Source of the DNA: Amoebidium appalachense
Lineage: Eukaryota > Protista > Ichthyosporea
DNA length: 64,000 nt
Direction of reading: 5' to 3'
NCBI GenBank assembly: GCA_963693365.1
Contig: CAVNZM010000014.1
Span: forward strand, 3,782,001 to 3,846,000
This document shows positions 1 to 14,105 of the stretch, one piece after another. A program made the translations under genes and the position numbers. How positions within the stretch are numbered: position 1 is the first letter of the stretch; every line of letters starts with the position of its first letter. The notes beneath the pieces are model-generated. The model was not told the origin of the DNA. It did not search any database and saw only the letters and a program-made list of their open reading frames with translations.

Positions 1-133
1 GATCTGCTACATTGTGTGAGTGTGTGTGTGTGCGCGCGCGCGTGTGTGTGTGCTCGCGCGCGCATGTGCATGTGTGTGTGTCACCGTGTGCGATTGGGCT
101 CGCGTGTGTATGTGTGTGCGCGTGCACCCGCGT

Positions 134-165
<32 letters not shown>

Positions 166-1032
166 TGGTAAAGCATTTGATATACTCACGCGTAGATATT
201 CTCTCGAAAAAGTGGTATATCCCTGCTTCTTGAACACACTCACACGAGGTCTTGTGCTGACCTCACACGCCCTCTGCAGGTTGCGCTGACAGCACAAAAG
301 GCCATTGAAATGCACGAATGATCGCACAACAATACTGCCGTCTTCCTGCAAATTATTGATTGACAATTAGAATGGAGCGTTGAAATTTGAATGGAGTTCC
401 GGGTCCGGGGAGCCAGAGTGACTCGTTTCAAGTTCTCCTACACGGTGCAACTCAATTTCATCATGAATGAAAGGGGGCCATTCTGTAGTGGTGTCTGATC
501 AAAAAATAAAAAAAAAAGAGAGAGAGAGAGAGAAATACTGAGGCTGCATGCATGTGCACATATTTGTGTTTGTGTATGTGTGCTTGCTTGCGAGTGTGGC
601 AGTGTGGGAAGAGCTACACAGGCACGTTCGTGTGTGCGTTTATATAGGTAGGTGTGTGCGCGTTTATTTACTATGGCACGTAGGTAGTGTGCAGTCTTAT
701 ACATATCAGTGCAGGTGTGCGCGTGCACTCCTATGTAACATGTAGGTGTGTCCGGTGCGCATATATAAAACAAGAGGTGTGTGTGTACCCAATGCAACTT
801 CGTGTGTGCGTGGACGTGCACATGGAGTGCATGCGTCAGCTGTACGTAGATATAGTTTGATAATGCTACACCGGTTGGAAAGCTCACGGGGTAGGGCGGC
901 GATGAGAACATGTACAGATGTTCAGGAGATTGCATCACGAGGACTGAAAGCTTGGGACCGGGGTAGTTAAACCTTTTGCAGGCGGCTATAGAGTGGTTGT
1001 GAAACATCACGCATGCACACAAGGGTACTCAC

Positions 1033-1362
1033 CGGCTTTAGTCCGAACCGCTCCTTCAGGCAGGTTTCCGCTTGTGGAGACACATCTCTTGTCATTTTGT
1101 GGTCATCTGCTCTGGTGGACCTCACCCCCACGTCGTCCGCAATGGGGTCGGTGTATGGATCCTGCAACACATCCAGAAACCCATCTATTCTCCCGAGTAT
1201 CTTCACATTTGTGGGAGGTACTCGGGAAGGTGCTGGTGTAATGGTGGGGGAACCTGTTGCTATTTGTGTAGTTGTACTTTGCGGTTGGGCGGTGGTGATA
1301 GAATGTTGCCAGCATGTAGTGAATGCGGCTAGGGCAAGCACTATGCATCTTTTGCGTGCCAT
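1033..1362 (-). CDS. First coding exon of a putative secreted protein; gene probably continues toward or past the left edge
   Basis: ATG at 1362. N-terminus MARKRCIVLALAAFTTCWQHS looks like a signal peptide, followed by a T/P/S-rich linker. Strong donor GTGAGT right after 1033. Possible downstream exons near 888-985 and 262-345 (EDGSIVVRSFVHFNGLLCCQRNLQRACE), but phases could not be resolved unambiguously. Confidence 0.5.
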
Positions 1363-1627
1363 GGCGCAATGAGTTGCACCCTTAAAGATGGCACCTGTTT
1401 AAATTGGAAGATCCAGGTTGGGCTTCCGAGCATATGACTTAAGCGAGTTGACAAATGAGAGAAAAACCATGAACGAACCGAGTCAAATGTTATTGATGCC
1501 AACGATGAGTATAGCTATAGATCTCAGGACTGGGTGTGCACAACAACGATTCTGTTCAGATGTTTCGTTTTGAGGGGCAGCTACAAGTGTCAGATCTAGA
1601 AAGAAGCTGGCAATCACAACGAAAGAT

Positions 1628-1791
1628 TACTTTGTGTGTGAGTGTTTGTGTGTGGCATGGGAAGATCAGGGGCGGTGCGAGACGATGCGGTGGTCATTGA
1701 AAAGCTTAGTACTTTGTGTGTGAGTGTTTGTGTGTGGCATAGGAAGATCAGGGGCGGTGCGAGACGATGCGGTGGTCATTGAAAAGCTTAG
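1628..1791. repeat. Two-copy tandem duplication of an ~82-bp unit
   Basis: TACTTTGTGTGTGAGTGTTTGTGTGTGGCAT(G/A)GGAAGATCAGGGGCGGTGCGAGACGATGCGGTGGTCATTGAAAAGCTTAG occurs twice back-to-back with one mismatch. Confidence 0.9.
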
Positions 1792-2754
1792 AACTCACAG
1801 TGACATGCCAGTAGTACATGGTTCCCTAAGCAACCCAAACATGAAGCAACAAACAACTATACGGTTTACACTGTTGTCACTGAATTTTGTAGCACATAAC
1901 TCTACACCGTCAGTGTTCTCTACACTGATGCACTACAAAAACCATTCCGGGCATGCCAAAGGATAAAAGAGTGAGCCATAAGTATATTATGATTAGTTCA
2001 ACTTGAACCGGTTTGTCGGCTTCGTTCATTGGACAGCCTGACAATGTCTAAGTCTCCCGAAACCGCAACCTCCCGATTATATGTAGCAGGCATGAAGGAC
2101 TTGAAGCCATAAAGCATATTATCATCGATGGTTTTGTTTGGCTCTATATTGGTATTATAAAGCGATACGGATATTAAACCTATACCTGCATTTCTGCAAC
2201 GTAATTTTTCTATATAAATAGAAAATTCCCGGTCCCCCGGAAAAATTCTTGATCCAAGCACAAACAAAAATCTATTTTTATCATGACCATGTATGAAGGT
2301 ATACTGTCGCAGAAGCATTATTTCCTGATTGAATCTGATTATAGCCTTACATGACACATAAGAAGCATAGTGACTCTCTATTTCTCTTACCTGAAGCTGT
2401 CCTAATTATCAGTCTTATAACTCAACGTTTTGTTGATAAAGTCTCGAGGGTTTGGGGGATTCTCGATATACAAAGTAACAACCAATAGAATTTGGGTAAA
2501 CAATCACAGTTCATTCCTGTGACTCCATTTGTAAATGGCCGGCAAGTTGGCTGAAGTACGTGTAACGGCTACCACCTACTGAGGCGGTGTCTCCTTTCTC
2601 TTTTTTTTTTTTTTTTTTTTTTTGCCGCCTGAGTAGATGTTAAAACGTCGCACGTGCGGCAACACGTCAGTACGTGTTAGGTGTAACGGTGGGTTGGCAC
2701 TGGGGATTTCATATTCATCGAAGCCTACTTGTAAGCTGCTGCTCACAGTGTACG

Positions 2755-2954
2755 TGTAGTGTGTGTGTGCGTGTGTGTGTGTGTGTGTCACAGTGTGTGT
2801 GTGTGTGTGTCTTTGTGCGTGTGTGTGGTGTGCGTGTGTGTGTGTGTGTGTGCGTGTGCGTGGCGTGTGTGCATGTGTGTGTGCGCGTATGTGTGTGTTT
2901 GACACGTGTGTGTGTATGTGTGTGTGTGTACATGTGTGTGTGTGTGTGCCAGAC

Positions 2955-3001
<47 letters not shown>

Positions 3002-3087
3002 GCGTGTGCGTGTGCGTGGCGTGTGTGTTTGCATGTGTGTGTGTGTGTGTGTGTGTGTGCCAGACAGTGTGTGTATGTATGTATGTA

Positions 3088-3143
<56 letters not shown>

Positions 3144-3295
3144 GGTGGGTGTGTGGGTGGGTGGGTGGGTGGGTGGGTGGGTGCGTTTGTGTGTGTGTAT
3201 GTGTACATGTGTGTGCGTGTGTGTGCGTGTGTGTATGTGTGACACTGCGTGTGTACATGTGTGTGTGTGTGTGCCACGTTCAAGTGTGTGCGTGT
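2755..3295. repeat. Imperfect (GT)n/(GGGT)n microsatellite block, representative of dozens in the window
   Basis: Directly visible dinucleotide repeats; source of the CVCV/HTHT pseudo-ORFs. Confidence 0.95.
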
Positions 3296-3979
3296 TGTGT
3301 TGGTCACTAGCTGAGGTCAAGACAAAGTCACATTATGGCTATTCGATGGCTATAGTGCTGTTTTCTTCTACTCACCTTGGTCATTGGACAAGCCGTGTGG
3401 ATGTGTGCGCACACACAGCCTGCCGGCAGCTAGCTCTGGGTGCCGTCCGTGACATGTGGCTGTGTGAGCTCGAGCAAGCGTTTGTACGTGTGCGTGTGAA
3501 ATTTGTGTGTGTTTATGTGTGTGCGTGTGTGCGTGTGTGAGTGAGTGGGTGAGTGAGTTGTGTGTGCGTGTGCGCGCCACATATGTTTTGTGTGCGTGTG
3601 TGACTTGTGCGTGGGCTGTTGGCAAGGCATGCTTCGCACTGCCGTACGTGCGTGTGCTTCTCCGGCAGAGAGGTGGCAGTGAGAAGAAGTTTTTTTTTAA
3701 GAATTAAAATTTAAAATCTGAGTAATAGTACAGAGCCATTGCCACTTTTCTCTGTTTGTTAGTAATTCTTTGTGATCGAGAGTATGGTGTGTTAGACTAC
3801 AATGTACTGGTGTTAATGTGTCCTGGAAGGTGTATAATGTCTGCTGGCCGCAGTCAGTAATTATTTTTAGGTATATATATTTATAAATGTTGGCCGCTGG
3901 CCAATAAATAGCAAATAATAAACACACGATAAAGTCAACAGTGTGCCAAAAAACTAATCCCCAGCGAGCGCACCCAGTG

Positions 3980-4056
<77 letters not shown>

Positions 4057-4061
4057 CGTGT

Positions 4062-4094
<33 letters not shown>

Positions 4095-5378
4095 CGCGCG
4101 CACGCGCACGCGCGCGCGTGTGTGGGTGTGTGGGTGAGTGTGTGTGTGTGTGTATGTGTGGTGTGGTGTGTGCGCGGCTTGTACATATGTACGTGTTCAT
4201 GTGCACCTGTGTCGGACCGAGGAAGTACATGAAAGTCAATTTTGACAGTATCTGCCGGTGTGTATGTGTATGTGTGCCAGTGCAGCAGGTGTGCCTTGTA
4301 ACTGATAGCTTCGCTTTTTAACGTGTGTGTGTATATAGTAGTACACGGTAGACACTTGCTGATCATTCGGATCGACATGCATTAATATTTAATGTGTCGG
4401 TCCTCGGTTTTTTGAGTGAATGATGATCAAGTGTAAGAGCATTCACCTGGCAAGTATTAATGTTGCAGAGGATAGCTGCAGCTGCAAGTGTTGGATGCAC
4501 ACTGACAATTGTCTTTTCAGCGAGTCTAACCTGCAGGCTGCATCTGCACACATATAGGGTTGTTATCTTGCGGCACATGCACGGTGATCGTTTCAGAGTA
4601 ATAGAGTTCAGAGCAATGAAAATATTATGAAAATAACTAAACTTTGTGACTACTTTAAAGTTGCTGAGATCATACGTGGTGCAAGCTGCACTGTGAACAC
4701 ATGTACAGTGCTAGTAATTAATAGATTTTTGTTGCTTTCGGCAGGGTTACCGAAGCTACGTCACGGCCTGCACTCAGGGGGAGGGGGGGGGGGGGGGGGG
4801 GGGGGGGGATGATTCGAAGGGGGTTATAAATAAGAACATGCACCTAAAGGTCTTTCCCGTGGATCCCCCCCCCCTCCCCCCCCTCCCACCTCTCCCCTCC
4901 CCCGGGGCCCCATACTATGATATCTAGGCCCAATATTATATGCCCCTTCCCCCCCCCCCCCCCCCCCTCTCCGGATCCCCGGACCCCACCTCCCTACCCG
5001 GAGACTCGAGAGCTCCCCCCTTCCCCTCCCCTCCCCCCCCCCCCCCCCCCCCCCCAAAGGCTTACGGGGGCCCTTCTTCATTGAGGGGGAGGGGGTGGGG
5101 GGGGGGTGGGGTGGGTGGGTGGGGGGGGGGAGGGGGGAAGTGGAAGGCGGGGGTGGATGCATGTCAGCCTAGGTAAATTCAATTGTTTAACTCCAGTGTA
5201 CAGGACTGGTCTGAAGGCTTAAGAAAACAACGAGGAAATGGGGTCCAGTGGAGGTGGTGGTGGTGTTCTGTGTGTGTGTGTGCAGGTGCACGTATGTGTG
5301 CATTTTTTTTGGGGGGGGGGGAGTGGTGGTGGTGGTGGTGGTCACCGCGGTGGTGGTGTGTATGTCTGGTGTGTGTGT

Positions 5379-5430
<52 letters not shown>

Positions 5431-6460
5431 GGGGGGGATAAGAAGAAAAACTGCTCGTGGGTCACTGTTTTTCGTCACTGTATTTGTAACGGGCCGCTCA
5501 TATGTATATAACTACTTTAAGTACACGTGTTCACTATCATATACGATAGCCAAATATAGAAATTTTGGCGTCGAAGTTCTTGGAGCTAAAAAAACGTTTA
5601 AAAAGGGGAAAATAACTTGGCCCCAAATTTACCTTTTTAGCGAATGTGTTTTTTATTCATAAGTTCTAGTAATTCAGTGAGTGCACGTGCCTGCCTCAGG
5701 CTGATCATGACAATTGCAACACACCATTCCTACATGGATATCAACCAAAAGAAACTAGTCTCTACTGTGGTGGTCTCCTAAACCTTGTGCGGCATGCGCA
5801 TACATGGTATTACAGTGACGCATGTGCATATTATTGTTCTGTACACCGGTGTGTGGTGCACGTGGCTGTTTTGTGCACATGTTACAATAGCAGCATGATC
5901 TCCCTAAACTCCGTGTTTACACATCCCTCACCCTGGCTCTGCCTTGTCGGTGCTCCAAAACACACACACAAATCCCCCTATACTCAGTGCCTGCACATGG
6001 TCGCATTCACGTGCAGGTCACGTGACACATGCAATGCCATACTGCCGTCTAGAGCCACAACCACGGCAGCACGAAATATACTTATCGGCAGCCCACTGAG
6101 CTCGCCTATTTTCTTTTTTTCATGTATGGCCCTGCTTTTTTGTGAAATCACCCTTTTTGGCCTCCCCGTAGTGGATTTTGCAGGATTTGACTTCTTTGAG
6201 GTCCAAAAACCTCAAATTTTCCCCGGCGGGGCCGGGGAGGGAGAATTCAAAAATTGCGTGCTCCTGATATGGTACCCGGGCCCCGGGGGGTGAGTTTCAG
6301 AAAGGGTTTAATAGGGATAGATACGGGGAGTCGTCTGAAAAGGGGGTCAAAAAGTGTGTGTGTACGCATGTGCGCGTGCAGGTTGATGTGCTACTACGTC
6401 TTGGTCATGAGCACGTAATAGTCACGGTGAGCTTGACGGTGCGCGTGAGAGCGTGAGTGA

Positions 6461-6504
<44 letters not shown>

Positions 6505-6693
6505 CTGTATGCGTGCTTGTTTAATAAGCCGGTTAGGGTGCATGAATGCTTTCATGTGACTGTGCGTAGGTGTCTACGCGTGTGCGTGCATGCAGGAGTC
6601 ATGCAGGAGTCACTCACTTTTAAGATCACAGGTAAATAGGGTTTAGGGTCTAAAATCTTGAGGTTTCTCGGCCGTAGGGTTTATTGTCTTATC

Positions 6694-6737
<44 letters not shown>

Positions 6738-6854
6738 CCCCCCCCCCCCCGGCGGCCCGCCCGCCCGCCCGCCCACCTGCTTGCCCCGCCCGCCCACCCC
6801 GGTCCTGTGGGTCCTTCTGTGCTGCGTTAGTTTTTTTTTCTTTTTTCTTTTTTT

Positions 6855-6896
<42 letters not shown>

Positions 6897-6897
6897 G

Positions 6898-6929
<32 letters not shown>

Positions 6930-6933
<4 letters not shown>

Positions 6934-7535
6934 ACACACACATACCGTGCACCGTGACACAGAGACACGGAGACACACACCCACCCACATTGTTATACAC
7001 ACGTGCACGCGCGCACACACCACACACACAAACACACCCAGTGGCAAACGAGCACAAAATCCAAATGAACACACAGACATTCGCACACATCCCCCCCCCC
7101 CCCCCCCCCTCCCCACACACACACACAAAAAAAAAAAAAGATAAAAAGGACCCACAGGACAGGGGGGGGGGGGGGGGGGGGGGAGGGGGGAGGTTGGGGG
7201 GAGACACACACACACACACAGCACACACACACAAAAACACAGTGACAAGCGAGCACAACTGAAACCCAAATGTACACACAGACACATGCACACATTTTCA
7301 CACAGGCCCCCCCCCCCCCCCCCCCCCCCCCTCTACCCGCCCTCCTCCCCCCCCCCCCCCCCCCCCAAAAAAAAAAACCTCCCCGTTTATAAAGAGTACC
7401 CACAGGACAGGAGGGGAAACGGGAAGGGGAGGGGGGAGGGGGGTGGGAGGAGGAGGAGGGATACACACACACACACCGTGCACCGTCACACGGACACACA
7501 CACAAACACACACACACATTGTGATATACACACGT

Positions 7536-7605
<70 letters not shown>

Positions 7606-7654
7606 TCAGTGACAAACGAACACAAAATCCAAATGTGCACACATTTTCGCACAG

Positions 7655-7732
<78 letters not shown>

Positions 7733-7862
7733 CCGCAGCCCAAAAAAGGACCCACAGGCCAGGGGGGGAAGGGGGAAGGGGGGCCACACACACACTGTGC
7801 ACCGTGACCCGGCCGCAGACACACACATACACACACGCACACACACACGCACACACGCACAC

Positions 7863-7909
<47 letters not shown>

Positions 7910-8060
7910 GTGATACACTTACGTGCACACCATGACACACACACAAACACACAGTGACAAACAAACACAAAAACCAAATGTCCACGTGCACATATATGCA
8001 CACGTTTTCGCACAGAAACTTTATAGTAGAGCCGGGGAGTCCCTGTCCTACCCAACCATA

Positions 8061-8095
<35 letters not shown>

Positions 8096-8112
8096 ATACA
8101 CAGTGTCACGTG

Positions 8113-8120
<8 letters not shown>
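6930..8120. repeat. Degenerate complex tandem repeat (about 4 units of ~250-300 bp) of unique cores separated by (CA)n and C/G runs
   Basis: Recurring cores CCGTGCACCGTGACAC, CAGTG(A/G)CAAACGA(G/A)CACAAAATCCAAATG and AAAAGGACCCACAGG. An inverted copy of the last core (GTCCTGTGGGTCCTT) lies at ~6802-6816. Confidence 0.75.
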
Positions 8121-8144
<24 letters not shown>

Positions 8145-8336
8145 CCCCCACACCCCCACACCCCCACACACACACATTGACTTTTTCGGTCTATTGATTG
8201 GTAACGAAGCTAATCAGACAAGAAATATGATCTGCTGCACAGGAGGGCTTTTCTTGTGCACAGCCTAATAATAATATACTTGATCAGACTAATTATACGT
8301 AGGGAAGCCACAGTCCCTCCTCCGAATCCCACCGTC

Positions 8337-8370
<34 letters not shown>

Positions 8371-8936
8371 CCTTCCCCGTTATCTTGTTTTTCCCCCAGC
8401 CTCGGTAGCCCCTAGAATTTTATTAGTGTCACCCATACTTAAAAATTTATTAGGTCCCTGAGCCAATTGCAATTGACTGAGCCGCCGGGCCAAGCTTTCT
8501 CTCTTCACACTTAAGTTTATCTCAGAATAATAACCGCTTACTGCGGCCGTGTGTGATAATACGGTGTCAATACTACAGCTCAGGCACATCATCAGTGTAG
8601 TGTGCACATACAACATAAATCAGGTACAGAGTCACAATCAAAACTGTTATCATGCAAACAGTTACATAGGAACACACCACTAGTACTCAGACCGTGGTAC
8701 TAGTAGTAGTGGTGCTCCTAGCCCCCCCCCTCCACCCCCCCCCCCCCCCCCCCCCCCTTCCCCCCCCCCATGCCCCTCCACCCTTTCCTGCCCTCAATAC
8801 GTGTACAGTGTCACACACACACACACACACACACATACAGCTCGGATTGTCACCCGAAAAGATCAAAGCAAAGCAAAAACATTACCAACTAAACTAGATC
8901 AGATTGAATCTTTTCAGAGATTAGATCAGATCAGAT

Positions 8937-9702
8937 CTAGATCCAGTCTCCGCTGGCCATTTTCCTGGGCAGGTACTCCTGGGTGAGGTACTGGAAGCCG
9001 AATGACGTCAGGGCCTGGATTTCGGCCTTTTGCTTCGTCTTGAGCATCAGCTCGAGCTCACGCACCCACGCCGGATTCTTCTGGATGAAGTCCTCCTGCA
9101 AGTGCAAACAGTGAATACAATAATAATATAAAAAAAAGGCGGGAACCCACAAAAAAGTAGTCAAGTTTTATAAGTCTTCCTGCTGTGTGCAAGCAGTGAT
9201 TTAATATGAGCATGGGTGGATGGAAGTAACATGGCAGATGAAGAGGAGGAAGCAGGGAGAGGGGGGTGGGGGGGTTGTGTGTGTGTGTGTGGGCGGGGAG
9301 GGGGGAGGGGGGGTGGGGGTGGGGAGGGAAGAGCCCACCATGCCTACTGCCACAATGATCACATTCTCTTTCCTCTCAATCTTCGCTCCATCCCGACATG
9401 CGCACAGTGTCTTTTCCTACGTGCACAGTGTCGTCTACCGCATGAACACAGTGTTAGCAACAGCGTGCACACAGTATTTTATGCGGCATGCACACAGTGC
9501 TTTGGGTTTTCGGCAGCATGCACACAGTATTTTCATGCACACAGTGTTTTCTGCAGCCCACCTTCAGCAGTTCCTTTCCCGTCTTGATGTCGCTTTCAGT
9601 CATGTCAAGTCGGCACTCCTGAAAACAAAACCCTTGGGTTTAGTGCCCCCCCCCCCCCCCCCCCCATCCCCCCCTTTGTTTCCCTCCTTTCCAAAGTTTT
9701 CT

Positions 9703-9747
<45 letters not shown>

Positions 9748-9938
9748 AAAAGCACAAACAAAAACAAACAAAAACAAAAACAAACAAACAAACAAACCAA
9801 CCAACTAACAAACAAACAAAAAAAATCCTCCTTCCATCTCCTCCCTCCTTGCTGACATGAAGTGGGTCCCCAAACGTGCAAATCCACAGACGAGCACACA
9901 CCTACCCTCATGCCAACTTCTAATACCTACGGGACGAC

Positions 9939-9998
<60 letters not shown>

Positions 9999-10676
9999 AT
10001 CCACCCACACATAACACCCGCTCGATTGCATGCCCACCACCATTCACCCACCCAAAACTTCATCGGACCCCCCCCCCCCCTCCCTCCCCCCCCCCCTCCC
10101 CCCCCCCCCCTCCCCCCTCCTCCCCCCCCCCCTCCCCCCCCCCCCCCCCCCCCCCCCTCCCCCCAAAAAAGGGAATAAATAAAGAATAAAACTCACCTTT
10201 GGGATGTTGTACCTATCCAAATCCGAGGGCCGCACCCCGAGCCAGCGGATGTCGGATGTGGTCAGATTGGAGCTGTCGTAGCTCATGTTCTTACTGCCGG
10301 ACATGTACACACTCAAGATCTTGAGCCCGTAGGGGTCGCTGTCAAACAGACCGAGAATGGGTATCTGCAGCTTATTCTTAACCCTTTTGAGAAACAGGCG
10401 GGTGGCTATGTCGGGTTGGCCCTTGGCTGTGATGATCACGCTGTAAGTGTACGTGTACGTGTGTGTGTGTGTGTGTTTGTGGGGGTGTTGGGGGAGAGGG
10501 GGGGGGGGAGGGAGGGGGAGGGAGGGTGTGTGTGTGTGTTTGTGGGGTGTTGGGGGGAGGGGGGGGGGAGGAGGAGGGGGAGGGAGGATGTGTGTGTGTG
10601 TTTGGGGGGGGGGTGGGTGCGTGTATGTGTGTGCGTGTGTGCTGTATGTGGGTATGTGTGTATGTGTTTGTGTGTT

Positions 10677-10730
<54 letters not shown>

Positions 10731-11488
10731 TGTGTGTGCGAGTGTGTGCGTGTGTGCGCACGCGCGTGTGGTGATGGTGGTGGTGGTAGGGGCATATGTG
10801 TATGTGTGTGTGAGCGTTTGTGTGAGTGTGAGTGTGTGTCTGAGTGATTGAGTGTGTGTGTGTTGTGTGTGTTGGGGGGCAGGGGAGTTGAGTGAGCCAC
10901 AGAGTACGAAGTTCACATTCACGACGGGCAACACAACATAATGTTCCCAAGCACACATAGAGGGTATGAATTATAAGTAGTGCCCATCCTCTGGGACGAC
11001 CCAAATCATCCGCCCAGAGTTTTTTTTATTTTTGTTCTTATTTTTTTCTTTCTTTTTTTTTTTTTCTTCTGGGGGGGGGGGGGGGGGGGGGGGGAGGGAG
11101 AGGGGGGTCTGTGTGTGTGTGTGTGTGTTTCGTGTTGTGTGTGTGTTGCGCGCGCGTGTGTGTGTGCGTGCGAGTGTGTGTGTGTGTGCGCGCGCGTGTG
11201 TGTGACGATGAAGAAGGTGACGAAGGGGAAGAGGGAGGTGGGGGAGGTGTATGTGTGTGTGTAGTGGGGAAGGGGGGAAAAAAGAGGGGGGGGGGGAGGA
11301 GGGGGTTATTCGAGCGACCGTCTCCAACAGCAAACAACAAAAGGGAAAACAGCAGTATGACGGGGCGTGTACCAGGGGTAGGTGTTGTAGAACCGATCCT
11401 CACTTAGACGCATAAAGATGGCATCCTTCTCCACAAGCAGAATGAACTCGGCATCCCCCTGTGTTGTTGTTTTTTAGTGGTGAAGGTG

Positions 11489-11542
<54 letters not shown>

Positions 11543-13406
11543 GAGAGTGGGTGTGTGTGTAGGGGGGGGGGGGGGGGGAAGGGAGAGATGACGTGTCTTT
11601 AGTACATGAATTTTGACCCATTTGCCTTGCGTGAAACCCGTCTCTGACCCATGTCGGTGGACAAGCCCCCCCCCCCCCCCCCCTCTCCATCTCTCACTCC
11701 CCCCCCCCCCCCCCCCCCCCCCCCCTCTCTCTCTCTCTTAAGCTTGTGTGTGTGCTTGTGTGTGTAGATATGTGCTTATGGGTGGACGTGTGTATTTGTG
11801 TGTGTGTGTCCATCACGGAGAGAGGGGAAGGGACGGAGTGTGTGTTAGGGGCGGAAACGGGGGGGGGGGGGGGGGGGGGGGAGGGGGATGGTGGAGGGGG
11901 CACCATTATAGATCGAAAACAGGTGAAGACATACACCCACTCTATTACCAAGCACTAGAACCACACACCGGCACACGGAGTCAACATTTGGGGGAAGGGG
12001 GGGAGGGGGGAGGGGGGAGGGGAGGGGGATGGGGGAGGTGGGGGGAGGGGAGGAGGAGGAGGAGGAGGGGGGGGCACTCACGCTTATGTCGCTCACACGA
12101 TCAATCAGGCCCGGGATGACCTTTCCCCCCACACCCATCTTGGTGCAGTCGATAAGATCCCCATCGTCGCGAAATTTCATCCTTCCAACCACAACACCCT
12201 TCTCGCTCGCCACCACGTTCAAACTGCTCCGCGTGCACCCGATCATGCACGCCACGTCGTCAATTACAGTGTCTGAGTCTCGTTGGTTCTGGAAAAGTTT
12301 CACGTCCGTGTAGAAGAGATCACGTTTCGTTATGTGGATACGCTTATTCACTACCTCGTGCACTAGTTGGAGAATGCGCGTGGTGATTGCGGTTTTCCTC
12401 ACGTTTGCGATGCTTCCGAACGGGCGAGCGGAGTACCCCTCCTTTAGGACTAGACGGTCGAGTTCGGGAACGTAGACTTGGTTGGCAGACGTGCGGAGGG
12501 GGACGTTGAAGGTGTATCCTTGGCCTGTATACGTGTGAGTGTGTGTGAGTGTGTGTGTATACGTTTGTGTGTGTGTAAGTTTGTGTGTATATGTGTGTGT
12601 GCGCATGTATGTTCGTATTGTCAGTCATTTTTATCCCATTTCAAGTGTTTGTGCACCAGGTGCCTACACCCCCCCAAAACCACCATTCCTGTCCCTTCTG
12701 TAATTCCTCCCTCAGAAATTTCGACGAGAATAGGTTTCCCTGCTTGCTCCCTCTATTCTCCCCCCCCCCCCCCCCCCCCCCCCCCTCCCCCCTCCCCCCC
12801 CCTTCCTTCAACACACACACACACACCACCACAACACCAACACACGTCAAAAAAGCCAACAAACAAACTCATACTTTTCCCCTTTTTGCTCCCCACAAAA
12901 CGATGGTGGAAGCACATTCAATAATCAGCAGGCCCCCCCCCCCCCCCCCCCCCCCCCCTCCCCCCCCCCCCTCCCCCCCCCCCCCCCCCCCCCCCCCCCA
13001 CCACCCACCCGGCAACACACCCCACAAGACTACGACAGCGTCTCGACCTCCATGTGCCCCCCCCCCCCCCCCCCCTCCCCCCCCCTCCCCCCTCCCCCCC
13101 CCCCCCCCCCCCCCCCCCACCACCCACCCGGCAACACACCCCACAAGACTACGACAGCGTCTCGACCTCCATGTGCCCCCCCCCCCCCCCCCCCCCTTCC
13201 CCCCCCTCCCCCCCCCTCCCCCCCCCCCCCCCAAAAAAAGGGGGAAAAAAAACATACTAGCCAGGATAGCCTAGCAGATGTGCAGCACGATCCTCTCAAT
13301 CACCTCCGAGAAAGAAAAAAAATAAAAGCAAAAAGCAAAAAAAAAAAAAAATAAAAAAAAACCCAAACGAAGAAGTAGAAAGTAGCAAAAACGACAACAC
13401 ACACAC

Positions 13407-13459
<53 letters not shown>

Positions 13460-13956
13460 ACTCACCCACCACACACGCACACATACCAGCCAATTTAGAC
13501 TGGCAGCAGTGTAGTGGAACCCTCTCAATGACCTCCTTGACCGAGAAAGCAGAGAGACACAAGCAAAAAGCACAAAAAAAAAACACACACAAAAAAAGGA
13601 AAAAAAAAGTAACAAAAACGACAACACACACACACACACACATACACACCCACTCACTCACCCACCCACCCATTCACACATACACACACACACACACACA
13701 CACGTACCAGCCAGGATAGACTGGCAGCAGTGCAGTGCAATCCTCTCTATCACCTCCTTGACCGTCTCATCCTCCATCTCAGCCACCTCTGTGAATGCCC
13801 CCTCCAGGTTCAAATGCGAAAGCTCCAAAGCAGTCTCCGGCCTCTCGTCTCTCTCCTTGTCTCGAAGTTCACGGACTTTTGCCAAGGTTTTCTCTGTGTC
13901 GATAGGTACCTGTGGTGGGGTTAATGGGAAAAAAAGGAGGAAAAAAAGGGATGTGT

Positions 13957-13987
<31 letters not shown>

Positions 13988-14043
13988 GGGGGGGGGGGGT
14001 GGGGGTGGGTGGGTGGGTGGGTGGAGTGTGTGAATGTGTGTGA

Positions 14044-14105
<62 letters not shown>

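Noticed and set aside
6150-6355. Possible MITE with CTCCCCGTA / TACGGGGAG inverted ends
   Set aside because: Only ~9 bp of clean inverted match and no TSD could be identified.
9425-9445. Plus-strand QCRLPH resembling the TOP6A 'CRL' motif
   Set aside because: Wrong strand, lies in a short tandem repeat, and the true exon ([12 protein letters not shown]) is at 9562-9618.
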